DNA of 64,000 nt from Vicugna vicugna (lineage: Eukaryota). A model generated the notes under the pieces. The model saw nothing but the letters and a program-made list of their open reading frames with translations, was not told the DNA's origin and did not search any database. This document shows, one piece after another, positions 1 through 12,200 of this stretch (position 1 is the stretch's first letter; every line of letters begins with the position of its first letter). The position numbers and the translations under genes are program-made. The stretch lies in NCBI GenBank assembly GCA_013265495.1, contig MU058384.1, positions 5,080,792 to 5,144,791 of the forward strand, written 5' to 3'.

Positions 1-807
1 AGATTCCCTGCCCCATTCTAGCACCACGTGACCAGAATCTCTAGGCAAAGAAGTCTAGAAACCCGTATCTTTGAGTGTCTCACATGATTTTTATTTTAAG
101 ATGTTTAGGAAGTAATATTAGGCAGTTTCAAGAGTCAGGTTTTGAATTCTCTGAATTTTTATGTTTGTCAGAATGCTTTAAATTTTGAAAGTCACTCTGG
201 GTGTCCAGTTTTTCAGAGAGCGTTTCCATCAAAATTTATGATTTAGATTTTTAGGAAAAAAGAGCATTTTATATTTATCCTTCTCCCCATTGCTTTTCTT
301 GCACTCTTTTGATCGTATTTGTGGCCTTTTGGGCTCTCATTTCACCTTCAAAGATCTGGACTATTTCTTTTTTCCCCAGTAGTGATTTTCCCTGGGGAAG
401 TTTTCTATCCACCCTCCCTCCCCGCTCTCTGGCAAATCCAGCCATTATTTACTTCCAAAACAGTGGTCACAGTACAGGTTTCTGAGTTGGATTTGTGTGT
501 GGGACGGGGTAGAAAAAGCCCCCAGGAAGAGTGGGTATTTGAATATAAAGTGAAATCCTGGACTTTGAGAACTTCCTTTTCTCTGTTAATATTTTTTCAG
601 TGAAAATCGTTGGCAGAAGTATGTGATTTCTTGCCTTACTTAATTTTTGATATGTCTTAGGTTTTTCCTCAGAGTTCAGAGCTGTAAGTTGGGGAAAGTA
701 TATTTGTTGCTTTTAGGCTAAACTGAATGGTTTATTACCGCAGGACAGTGACTTGAAAATCATCAGGCACTAGTTGATGAAAATGGCCCTGTTTACAATT
801 TTTAGTA

Positions 808-995
808 CTACCACATTTTATTGTATCTAAGATGCCATGGTTGTAAGACATATTATTTTATATACCACTTAAAAAAATCAGCTGTCAGTCTGAATATTAC
901 ATAATACTAAGATGCCATTTGATTGTAAGACTTGTCCCTCATTCTGCGAAAAAATGAAATGGAAAAAGTGGTCATCTTAGAAAATCTGTGAAATC
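808..995. mobile_element. Ancient non-autonomous DNA transposon fossil (TcMar/Tigger-like MITE; subfamily uncertain)
   Basis: Internally repeated ctaagatgccat...ttgtaagac motif and an inverted catcttag near the right end. Confidence 0.5.
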
Positions 996-1083
996 GAATG
1001 TTTTTCCTGCTGTTTAACCATTGCTGATTTTATAATGGCAGTATTATATTTTTCTTGCTTGAGGAGGGGGAGGGAATAGGGAG

Positions 1084-1125
<42 letters not shown>

Positions 1126-1146
1126 TTATACATACACACACACACA
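1084..1146. repeat. Compound microsatellite (TA)n(TG)~15 followed by (CA)~6
   Basis: Read directly from the sequence. Confidence 0.95.
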
Positions 1147-3120
1147 GCATAATATGTCATTCTTGAAAAACCTGTGACCTTCAAAATTGTGTACTAAAAA
1201 ATAACAAAACCTCTGGGAAAAAATAGGATCATGACAGACCACTCAGCCTATAAAGTACTTAAAAAAAAACAATAATCATCTAATAAAATGCTTGCACATT
1301 TAGAAAGTTACATTAACTTCCTAATAAAGATATATTCCAGTAAACATAGGACTTTACATTTAACAAAACAGGTGAAAGCTTGATAGAGGTGTAAGGAAGA
1401 GTTGAAACCAATGAGTGATGTTGCAAAGACAAAATGCTCACAGGTCTTGGAGAGTCAAGCAAGAAGCATGCACAAAACAGCACATGAAGCTGAACTTAGC
1501 CAAGAGGAAGAATGTGGGACTGGCTGGCATTACAGGACAATTGCAGTTACAGTATAATGTTCTGTCGTTGGTGTTATTGGACTTTGCAGCTATTATTTGA
1601 TGATGTGAAGTATTAAAGTGTTGGGGGAAAAAAAATCTCATCACTCAAAGCAACTTGAATGCTATACCCTCATCATTCCCCTGTTGATTATTTGGTAGAA
1701 ACTAGTTTGTGTTAAGGAAACATGCATTATAGCAGAATAGAATGGATTCTCTCAACTGCTTTGTGTTTCTCTTATTCTGTTCCCCTGGGTCAAGATATTT
1801 CCTACCTCTTCTTCAGTTTTTCTGATGTTCTTGCCTTCCTAATTATAACTGCTCCAATCTTTAGTAATTACTTAAATCTTCTGTGCTTCTGCAGTGCTTG
1901 TCATCTGTGTTACTCATTTGACTTTTTAGAATATATCATTACATTTTCTTTTTTTTTTACCTTCCCTGCTAATCTGTAAGGCCATCAGTGATTTATACTA
2001 TGAATAGATAGCACTTATGCCATGGCCTTTTGAGTATAGGTGTTATGCGGAAGCCATAGTTTTATCCATTGTTTATATATGCATTGTCTATAATTTTGAA
2101 TGTAGTTAGCTTCCCTTACTTTCATGGATAGTGCCTTCCTGAAAACATGCACAAAAGTCAAATGTGGCAACGCTAAGCAATAGACTTCCATGTTATGTGC
2201 TCTTCCAGAAAGCTAACTAATATGAAATCCCTGATAACACCTTGCCTTTAGAATACTGTATTGATATTTTTATCCTTCTTAAACTTATTCTTTAATTTTA
2301 TTCCTTCACAATTGAACACATTCTCCAGGAATTGAGTTTGTTGGTCATCTGGTTGATATGGAAAAGTGAATGCTTTGGGCCTGCATGATGATTTTCTCCT
2401 TTGCTCACTTGTATTTCATGTATGATACTCAAGTATGATTTAGAACTTTGATATTTCATTTTGTCTTTTCACCTCTTAATGAAATATATAATGCCCGGTT
2501 ATGTATTGAGTGATGACACTGCCAGTACTGCATAGTAGCACAGACTTATGTCTGAAAGTCAGGAGTTAGGTATACAACACTAATACACAGTGTCAATGTA
2601 TGACTGAAAATAAGTTGTTTCAGAGTTAAAACCTATGATTTTGGTCAGCTCTTGGGTTCAGGCAAAATTAGCAGCTCTTTGAAAGTGAAAATAAACCTAG
2701 TCAGTTTTGACTATTTTCTTAATTATGCAAATGAGCAAGTTTGATACGAGGTTTAAAATATTTGTACCAAAGAGGAGAAAATTTCAGAGAAGATGGAGTA
2801 GTAGGCAAGAATGAGATATTAGGAAAGGTAATATTTGAAAACTAAAGAAAGTAAGCCCAGTGAAATGGTTTTGGAGATAGGAGGAAAGAAAGAAGATGAT
2901 TGTAAGAGGCTAGTGAATGGTTAGTAAGGACTTTTGAACAGGGTTTGGGGTATGATATGTTTTGTCTTAGTTTCTGTTTTCATCCATTATTATAGAATGT
3001 GGGCAAATGACTGTAGGTAGTAGTTCAGAATTTTTAATTTTTACTTTTAACTTTTGTAAAAAAAAAAGTTAATGGGAAATGGGCAATATTACAGCATTTT
3101 TCAATCCTTTTATATTCTAG

Positions 3121-3249
3121 CTGCTCAGTTTATTTATTCACGACGTGACAAACCGTCCGCTGTTGAGCCTCTGGAAGAATATGATTATGAAGACTTGAAA
3201 ACATCCTCCAATTCTCTTTTGAACCATCAGCTAAGTGAAATTGATCAAG
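3121..3249 (+). CDS. HBS1L: HBS1L exon 3 (129 nt), shared by both isoforms
   Basis: tatattctag|CTGCT...CAAG|gtatag; encodes [43 protein letters not shown]. Confidence 0.95.
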
Positions 3250-6200
3250 GTATAGTAAAAAAAAAATAGTCTGTGTTTTATCTGAAAATGATTAATCAAT
3301 TTATTGAAATTTACCAGTTTTATTGTGATTGTTCATAATAATGATTGGGTAGTTATGGTTTAGAACATATATCTTATATCTTCAAGGAAAATTTACATCT
3401 TATTAATTATATTTTTTGAAAAGTGTATGGTTAATTGTATGGTTGAAAAACTGATCATGTAGCTGTTATTTAGTAACAGATTTTTGATTGGACTCTTCTT
3501 AGGAGAGAAACTTAAGTGACGTGTTTTCTTTTAGCAATATTTATTGTTTCATAAGCTCTGTGTAGAGCTTATGGATAGATTACAGAAGCTCATTTCCTTG
3601 CAAAGTGTTAGGTCCCAAAAGTCTGGTTTTAGTTAAAAAAAAAAAAGTCTTTTTAAATCCAGAGTAACACTGTACAAGTGTTCTGATTGGTCGTAGCCTT
3701 GAAAATTAAATTTCAAGATAGAACTCGTAAATGATAATGATATTGTTCCTGAATTTGCTTCTTTTTGGTTCTCTTAAACATTTTAAAAAAGATGTTTTGT
3801 ATTTTGGCTTTCCTCTTTTATAAATAAATTCCAGGTATGACATTGTTTCAAACATAGTAGTCAAGCCATAGGTTGATAAACAATGTAGTAGAACTAGAAT
3901 TGCCTGATACAACAGTAATGCCATCTGTTGGTAGTGAGCAGGGCTGAACTGATTTGCTCTTTCTATAGAGTGTGGCTTTGTTTTGTAGATGTTTTTAAAT
4001 TGAAAATTTATGACAATTTGGAAACAGAAGAAATGTATGAATCTGGGAGCTGATCTTTGGATAAATAGGTAAAATATGTATCAGCCACTAATTAAATAAG
4101 AAAAATGGAGAGAAAGCAGATACATAAAATTAGAAAGCAGAAAGGAAAACAACAGAGAATAAAAAAAATTCTTTATCAGTTCTGTGAATACATTTGACAA
4201 TCTGGATAAAAGTTTGTAGAGGAGTTGCTGTATACACTTAGTAGTCTTAGTATTTTTAAAAAAATGTGTTACAGTTGTCCTTGTGGTGTTAGAGGGCAGA
4301 ATAGAGTAGAAGTCATACTTTTATGCTTTAGAATGATTAAGGAGGTATGAAATTCAAAGATAGTGTTTGAGAATAAAACTTAATCTTTCCCACTTGACAT
4401 ATGTAAGTAATTGCATGGTAATAATAATAATGATCGTAACTAACCGCTGCTAACTGCTTTCCAAGTATTGTTCGAAGTGCCATTTCAAGTATTAACATAT
4501 TTAATCTTCATAACAACCTTATGAGGTAGGCCAGCTGTTGTCCTCACTTTGCATGGGAGGAAAATGAGACACAGAGAAGTAACTTGGCTAAAGTTGTACC
4601 AGCTAGTAAGTAGCATTAGGATATGAACCAAGACAGTTTGACTGCATATCTCTACTCTTTGTGTATGTGTAAACAACAGTTGCTGTAATTAATTAGAAGA
4701 GGCCCTACTCTAGCTATATGAAATATTCTTTTGCATATTTAGTAATTCATGTATTTATGAAAGAAGTGTAATTTTCCAGGTTTAGCTTGTTAGCTGAAAA
4801 TTAATCTTGGACTCAGGTAAAACAGAATTGCCCAATATTTGAGGAATTTATATTTAATAATTTTAAAGGGAGCAATGGAAAGGGTATTAAATACTTAAAA
4901 AAAAGAAAAGGATATTGCCAGTAGATTTCATGTTCAATATGTAAGCATGTAAAATGTCATGTAAAGTGCATTCTGTGAACTGGTTTCATAGAGTAAGGAG
5001 TCTGAAAATCTGAGTTCTGTTTTAATTATTGCTAATTTCATAGTACCATTATTTTCAGTCATCTTATCTTTATGAATTAGAATTTGCCTGATATATCTAT
5101 CATAGAGTTATTAAAAGGATTACAAAAGTTATTTTTATATATATGTATATATATAAAGTATTTTGAAAATTGTCAAGTGCTATTCAAATATAAATTAATA
5201 TATTCATCTATTTTTATTCAGTGGCCTCTAGGTACCAGGTACCATTTTAGGATCTAGGAATATAAAGCCTTTGCTCTCATCATTAATGATTATTATTAGT
5301 AATTGCTTTTTATAATAATATAGTCATCAGAAAATAATCATTAAAAATTTTGGACTTTCAGATTTAAATTTTTTATTTTTAAAATGAATGTCCATTCTCT
5401 TAATCTACTGAACTTCCTTATTTTTATGGCATTTTTATACAAGTTATCTTGCCTATTTTTAAAACATTGTTGAGGATGATTTTATTTGGCTAGGAAAAAC
5501 TAAAGTTAGCTTAAAAGAAAATTTAAGGTAGTAATGCAGGAAATTTAAGAAATACGTTTCACTAACAAGTTAGAAATATTTTCATAATGAATGCTACCTT
5601 TCTATACATATGAAAAATAACCAGTACAGACATCACTATCATTGACTGAAGCAGTTATTTCTATATGCAGTTTATACTTTTTTCAAACATTAGTCAGTAG
5701 TAGTACTTTGGAGACATTTATTACAGTGATATTTTAATTATTGAAATTGTTCCTCTGATAAGGGGAGGTAGGTATATTGTGGTTAAGAATAGAATCATTG
5801 TAAATTTTGCCAAAGAAAAACAAGAGTTGAACATCCTACTATTTCACATGCTTTTTTCAGTTTTGAAGATTGAAGTTTCTTTCATGACACCAGTTAGTAC
5901 AGCTTTTAATTATTGTTGTCTGTTCTAGCTCGTCTCTATTCATGCCTTGATCACATGAGAGAGGTACTTGGAGATGCTGTGCCAGATGACACATTGATTG
6001 AAGCAGTTCTGAGGAACAAGTTTGATGTGCAGAAGGCTTTGTCAGTGGTTCTGGAGCAAGATAAAATGCAGAATTTGAAAGTCAGGAGTGAAGAAGCAGT
6101 ATCTACAAGAAAGATAGCAAAAGGTATGCTTTTACTTGTTCTCTTTTAGCTGTTTTACAGTTAATACTTTAAAGAGGCTTTGATTTGCTTGAGCTGTTAA

Positions 6201-9200
6201 AAAAATGGGCAGAAAATTTTGTATGTTATAATAATTCTTGATTATGATGAATTAATTTTCCAATTTATGAATTTTTAAGCTGAGTGCTATGTTCCCTTCA
6301 CTGTACTAAAGCCTGCTTTTTGGTAATTTCCCTGCTTGTTTTTGTAACTAATGGAATATAAAGGAAATAAAAGTAGATAAAAATAGGACAAAACACTTTT
6401 TGCTTCTTGTTAGTATCTTACAGATCTTTTTAATTATTGCTGTTGTTTTTTTTTTAACTCTAATGGGTCAGGAGATGGAAGTAATAGTCAGACAATGTTA
6501 GAAAATCCCTTTATGCTTTTAGCATTTAATAAAATATAATTTAATTTTATTTAAATATCGTAAGGTATCATAATTCTACCATGCTTCTGTTTCATAGACA
6601 GATCCTTCATTTTAAATTTTTAGAATTTGGGGTTAAATTTGGAATTTAGTCCACATGAGAAGGGAACCACTTATATTCATTGGTATGATATTTGTCAGTA
6701 GGAGTGTGGTGATTTGTTACCTGGGTTGATATTTCTTAGAACCTGAAGACTAGATTTTTGCCACAACCAAATTGTATGTAGTCTGTTACTATGAAATAGG
6801 GGTCATTTTTATTTAAATTAAAAAAAATTTATTTTGGATTGGGGCAAGATGCACTTTTCACTGACCAGTAACATGAGAATGAGTCTGTAATATGTCATCT
6901 ATATTAATAGTTTATCCCACTTCACAGTGGAAATTATAGGGTATATTTGTTTGCTTGTTTTTAATACATAAAAAATACAGAAGACGAACTTTACTCTTTC
7001 CATTGGTTTTTTTAGATGTTTTGAATTTGAGACAATCCTGACTATAATTTAAGTATCTTAAAACCTTACATTATAAAATCTGTGAAAATTAGAACATTGA
7101 CTAACTTGGTAATTACCTTTGTATATATCAGTGAACAAAGTATGAAGGTCACTTAAGATGGTTAAAGGAAGGTAAAATCCTTTATTTTTGTTTTTTAGAA
7201 TATTTACTTTTTATTAAATAATTAAGTATCACTTTATTCATGTCATAATCAAAAGAAACATTTAGTAATTAAATGCCTCATTTCATGTTTCTTTTTGGTT
7301 GCTGTGACTGTCTTCTGCATATGTCAACCTATTCATCTGAAAATTAATGGCTCTTGTAAGGTAAGGAGTCTTATTATCTTCCTCTGAAGTTTCAGCTGAT
7401 AATGCTCAAAACTCTTGTCCTCAATCTGCAAACCATCTGGATTGCAGTAGCAAATCCTTTGATTTTTCTGCCCCAGGAGCAAAATATGGATTATGTCATA
7501 GTTCCTCCATTGTACCAAGTCGCTATTTACTTCATAAAAAAAAACTTGACAGACCTAAAAGTGAAAAGAAGCTAGAATCATGTAAGTTAACAAAAGAGCT
7601 GTCACTAGCTGACCTAATTGATTATATGCCAAGAGATTCTTGGAAAAGTCAGCCATCAGTCAGATTATCATCCACAGATAGTCTGGAGAGTCCACCTTCA
7701 AAGAGTATAGATGCTGATTTGTTTAGACCTCATGCATCTGAATGTATTGCTAAAGATGATTCTGCGTTCAAAGAAATACCAGATTTAAAATCCTTAATGA
7801 TAAAAAACACAACACCTAATAACTATCTATTTATTCAAAATAATTCAGTACCTGATTTGCAAAATATTCCAGTACAAAACAGCTTTGAAAGTTTAAATAA
7901 TCCTTTGCTCTTAACTAGCTCTTCGGAAAATATGGCTGTTGATGATTTAAATGCTAGTAAAATGGCTGAAGTTGGAAGTGTTTCTTCAGTTGAACAGAGT
8001 GCCAAGAATTGCATATTAAGAAATGACAACTTGCAGTTTTCCCAGTGTGAAAGTTCATCTTTAGCTGAACTGTTTCAGGAGCACAAAGAAAACAATCCAA
8101 GCGAATGCTTTACTTTATCTGATCTTTGTAACCAGCCATCTGCCAGTTTCACAGATCTGAGTTTGGGATCCTTCCCCTTGTCACAACTAGCAAATCGGTA
8201 TCAGTCTTCAGCTGGAATATCAGAATTAACAGGCTCTCTGTCATCCTTGGCATTTCGTAAAGCTTCTCCGACAAGAGACCTTGAGAATTTGTCACTTTCT
8301 GATTTGATTGCAGAAACAATTGATGTAGACAACTCTAAGATTAAGAAAGAGTCCTGTCCGCTCAGTTTATCTGAAGTGAGGGCACCTGAAATAGATTCGA
8401 ATATAGATCTCAGTGTCCTCATAAAAGCCCCAGATAATGTTCCAAAATCTGTAGTAGACCAATCTGTTGCTCCAACATCAGGAACTAAAGTTCTAAGTTC
8501 AAGGTTAGGGAAAGATTCCAATTCTGCTAAGGATAATAAGAAAAACAGTAAAGGCTCTCTGACTAGGAAACCACCTTTTTCTCTCTCTTGGACCAAGGCT
8601 CTTGCTGCCCGACCTTCAGCTTTTGCTTCAACACTGTGTCTTCGTTACCCATTGAAAAGCTGCAAACGACGCACCCTTGACCTCTATAAGAGTTTTCTTT
8701 ATAGCAGACAAGTTCAAGACGTAAAGGACAAAGAAATAAGTCCTCTTATAGCAATAACACCATTTGATTTCAAATCAGCATCTCCTGATGACATTGTAAA
8801 AGCTAATCAAAAGAAAGCTTTTACTAGAGAATAGTAACAAAAGGAAAACTTGATAACTTTTGTAGAGCTCTTTCTTTTAAATTAATTTGACATCTTTATA
8901 GCATTGCTTTATATTATGGGATTTAATTTGTGATTTTTATATTAAAATTGTCTTAACATCAGTTGATAGCTTTAGTTGATACATATTTTTGCACTGAATT
9001 TTTTTTAACAATCTTCTTTAGTGATAACTGGCTTTAAGTTGATAGCCTATTGAGTGTATGTTTACCAAGTACATATGGAAATTTGATGTTGTGAAATCAA
9101 GCCTCAGCTATTTTTGTTTAAAGCATTCAATTTTACAAGTTTTTACAATGAGATGTTTTCTTTTATAGAATATTTTTGTGCTTTGTTCTCAAGTGAGAAT

Positions 9201-12200
9201 GCTACCACTTGGGATTATTATAGTTTAGTGATGAAGATTTTTCTTATATGTAGCATAGCATCGCTGAGACAGTATTATATTTTAAAATATTAATGATATC
9301 ATTCCAATTTCATTATTTTCTGCAGGTGAATACTAAGACTTTTCTACTAGAAAATCTTACAATTCCTGACTTTTAATAATACTGTGGAGGTTGTTGAAAT
9401 ACATTTTTCATGATAATAAAATGAAAATCCTTTTAAGGGGCCATGTACATATTGAAGATGGATTAATACATAAATTATTTTTATACATTTTCAAAACCAT
9501 TTGTCCTAAATGCACACGTTAAAATAAATATACAGAAAGCCTTTTCAAGTATGGTTGCATGTTCTTTGAATAGATAATCTTATCAGAGCTCTTTAACTTT
9601 TTTACTATAAGTAATGAAATGTAGAGTTTTTGCTCTTTGCTGCTGATGGCTTGTACATACTATAATGACACAGTTTCAGCAATGGCAGACCAAATAAATC
9701 TTTTAGTCAGTAGAACAAATAGGTAATTCAGCCCTTAAAGCAGTCATCCTCAACTGGCAGCCAGAATCACTGGGGGAGTTTTTTTCAAAATACAGATACT
9801 GCGGCTTCACTCCAGACATGGTGACTCAATCTCTGAGGGATGACACTTGGGAGTGTGTATTTTCATATTGGTCCCCAGTTGATTCTGATGGGTCACTTCT
9901 ACTTGAGAATCACTGCCTTAAAGAAATCAATAGAATGATAGGAATTACTAATGCTAAGAATAATATCCAGCCAACTTGAATTTTTAATTTGTATTTTTAG
10001 TAATTAGAAATACTAAAGAAAATTGCTAATTAGGAATTAGGTCTTTTGCATAAGAAGATGCTGCTATAATATTATTAGTATTTCTTGCAGAAAAAAATAT
10101 ATAAAATGTTATTTCTTAATAAAAATAAAATAGCTATATTTTCCCAGTAAAGAAATATTTTTCTCTGACAGCTACTTCACTATGAATTTGATAATTTTTT
10201 TTTTGTATTTCTTGTATGTTTATTTTCAGGATGACATTCCAGTATTTTTAGCTATATGTGATTTTTTATATCCAGTGTTTTGGTGGAAAAGTTTATGCCA
10301 GCCTTATGGCTTCATTGTTCTTGACCAAACACTTTTTATGATGTCTTCAGTTCTTGTTTTTAATGGGATATTTCAGTGCATATCATACTGATGCTTAGAT
10401 CATATAAATTACAGGTTATATTTTATGATTGATTTTAAAGTTTGAATTACCCACCCCAGCTGCTGATTTTCTTTTTCTAGTCTTGAACCTTAATTAAACA
10501 TTTTAGTAATTTTGAACTATTAGTCTATGACTCATCAGCTGGATTTATAAACGGTAGGCAGTCTCCAATTTGGAAGCAAATTGTATTCTAAGTGTTTGTT
10601 TGGAACTGTCAATTCCTGATGGATTAAATGCTACACAGGTGGTTCTTAAACACTATTTAACCCATATTGAAGTTGAACAGTGTTACTGTTATTTTATTTT
10701 CTTTTATAACTAATTTTCAAGTGGAAATACACTACTTTTTAAGCCATATAGTAGGTTTTGTAGCATGAACTGTATCTCCCTTTGTTGGCTGATGAGGATT
10801 GTAACTACCATTTAGAAAATTTTGTTTTTTTAGGGGGAAGAATTCTATATTGCAGGGTGATAGGGAAGGTAACAATTTTTAAATAGCTCTCCCTATTTTT
10901 GTTGTCATGGCCACTGGTCTGTCAGGTCTGTACCTGACGTGCACTTGCCCTGTTGACTAAGGAAGTGTCACAGTCTCTGAGATTCAGAGAGTGGAACCAA
11001 GAAGACCCACTGCCCCTTCTACCCTTGGCCATTGGCCCTCGGTAAAGAGACAGGTGCTTGCTCGTTCGTGGATACATCCCTAGTGATGACTGTTGCTTGC
11101 ACTAAGTGTATATTCTGTACCAGCTGCTGTTTATTGACTGACTGCTGTCTTGGTAGCTCAGGTAGGCTAAGTGTTTTTGGTTTAGCTTCCAGTTCAAATA
11201 TCAGTTTTGAAGTGCAATGCCATTTTTACTTGTGTTATGATCAAATGCATTAGTAGTTTACTTTAGGAATTAAAATAATGTGATTATATTCTAAATGATA
11301 TAAATGTGAAAGACATTTAAAATGACCATTTTTACTCTTCACTTTTTAAAATTTTTAAAAGAGCTGATGTTCATAGATCTTTTTCCCTCTTGCATTCTCA
11401 AGTCTTTGGTTGGTTTTTTTGGTTATGGTTCTTGTTACCATTAATTGTCAAGAACCAGGGTTTCAGTTTTGTGCAGAGCACTTTGCTTAGCTTTTCTTTC
11501 TTAATTGTTCTATCTTTTTCGTGTTCCCAATCTACTGAACTGGTATTCTAACCCTTTTTCCTCCCTTTAGCTTTGAATCTTCCTTTCTTAAGCTTTTCTT
11601 TCACCTGTTTTCTTCTCATATTAACAGTAATACCATTCCCAATGTATTATATTTAATTTTTAGTAGTCAGCGGGAGGTCGTGCAACTAATTGTCACACCA
11701 AGAATAAAATTAGTCCAGTGCTTTTCTATATGTGGACCATTGCAAATAAACAAGTATACAGTCATATATTGAGGAAGAACTGTGTATCAAGTTTTCTGTT
11801 TTGTGTTCACACAAGTATATATTTGCTTGTAAAATCAGATTTATAGCAGCCTAGAAATTGTTTTCTATTACCTGTATAAACAAAGGTAATACAGACTGGA
11901 CAGGGAGGGATTGATATGACTACTTTACTATTACATAAGGCTCAGTGTATGCAGTTGTATATTATAACTTTAATTTTCAAGGTATAAAAAACTTGTCACA
12001 TTTTGATTGTATATATGCATTTTTGTAAAAGCTACGTTGAAATAAATTATAATTCTGAAGTTTTCTTAAATCAAGTATGAAAACACAATTTATCCATTAG
12101 GAGTTTTTACATAAACTTGGTATTTCAGAATGGTATTTTAATAATTTATACTGAAGGTTTCTGTAAACAAATTGAAAAACAAACTACCTGGTTGTGAAGA

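Noticed and set aside
1093..1146. (TG)n/(CA)n fold-back or Z-DNA potential
   Set aside because: A common compound microsatellite with no evidence of function.
7536..7544. A9 run encoding KKK as a ribosome-stalling, autoregulatory poly(A) track
   Set aside because: Nine As is shorter than tracks generally associated with stalling, and the frame is preserved.
7835..8596. Antisense ORFs of 64 and 131 aa
   Set aside because: Shadows of the exon 5a coding strand with no recognisable domain.
7626..8834. 402-aa ORF as an independent nested gene
   Set aside because: The frame is open upstream to the acceptor at 7366 and in phase with exon 4; it is HBS1L exon 5a.
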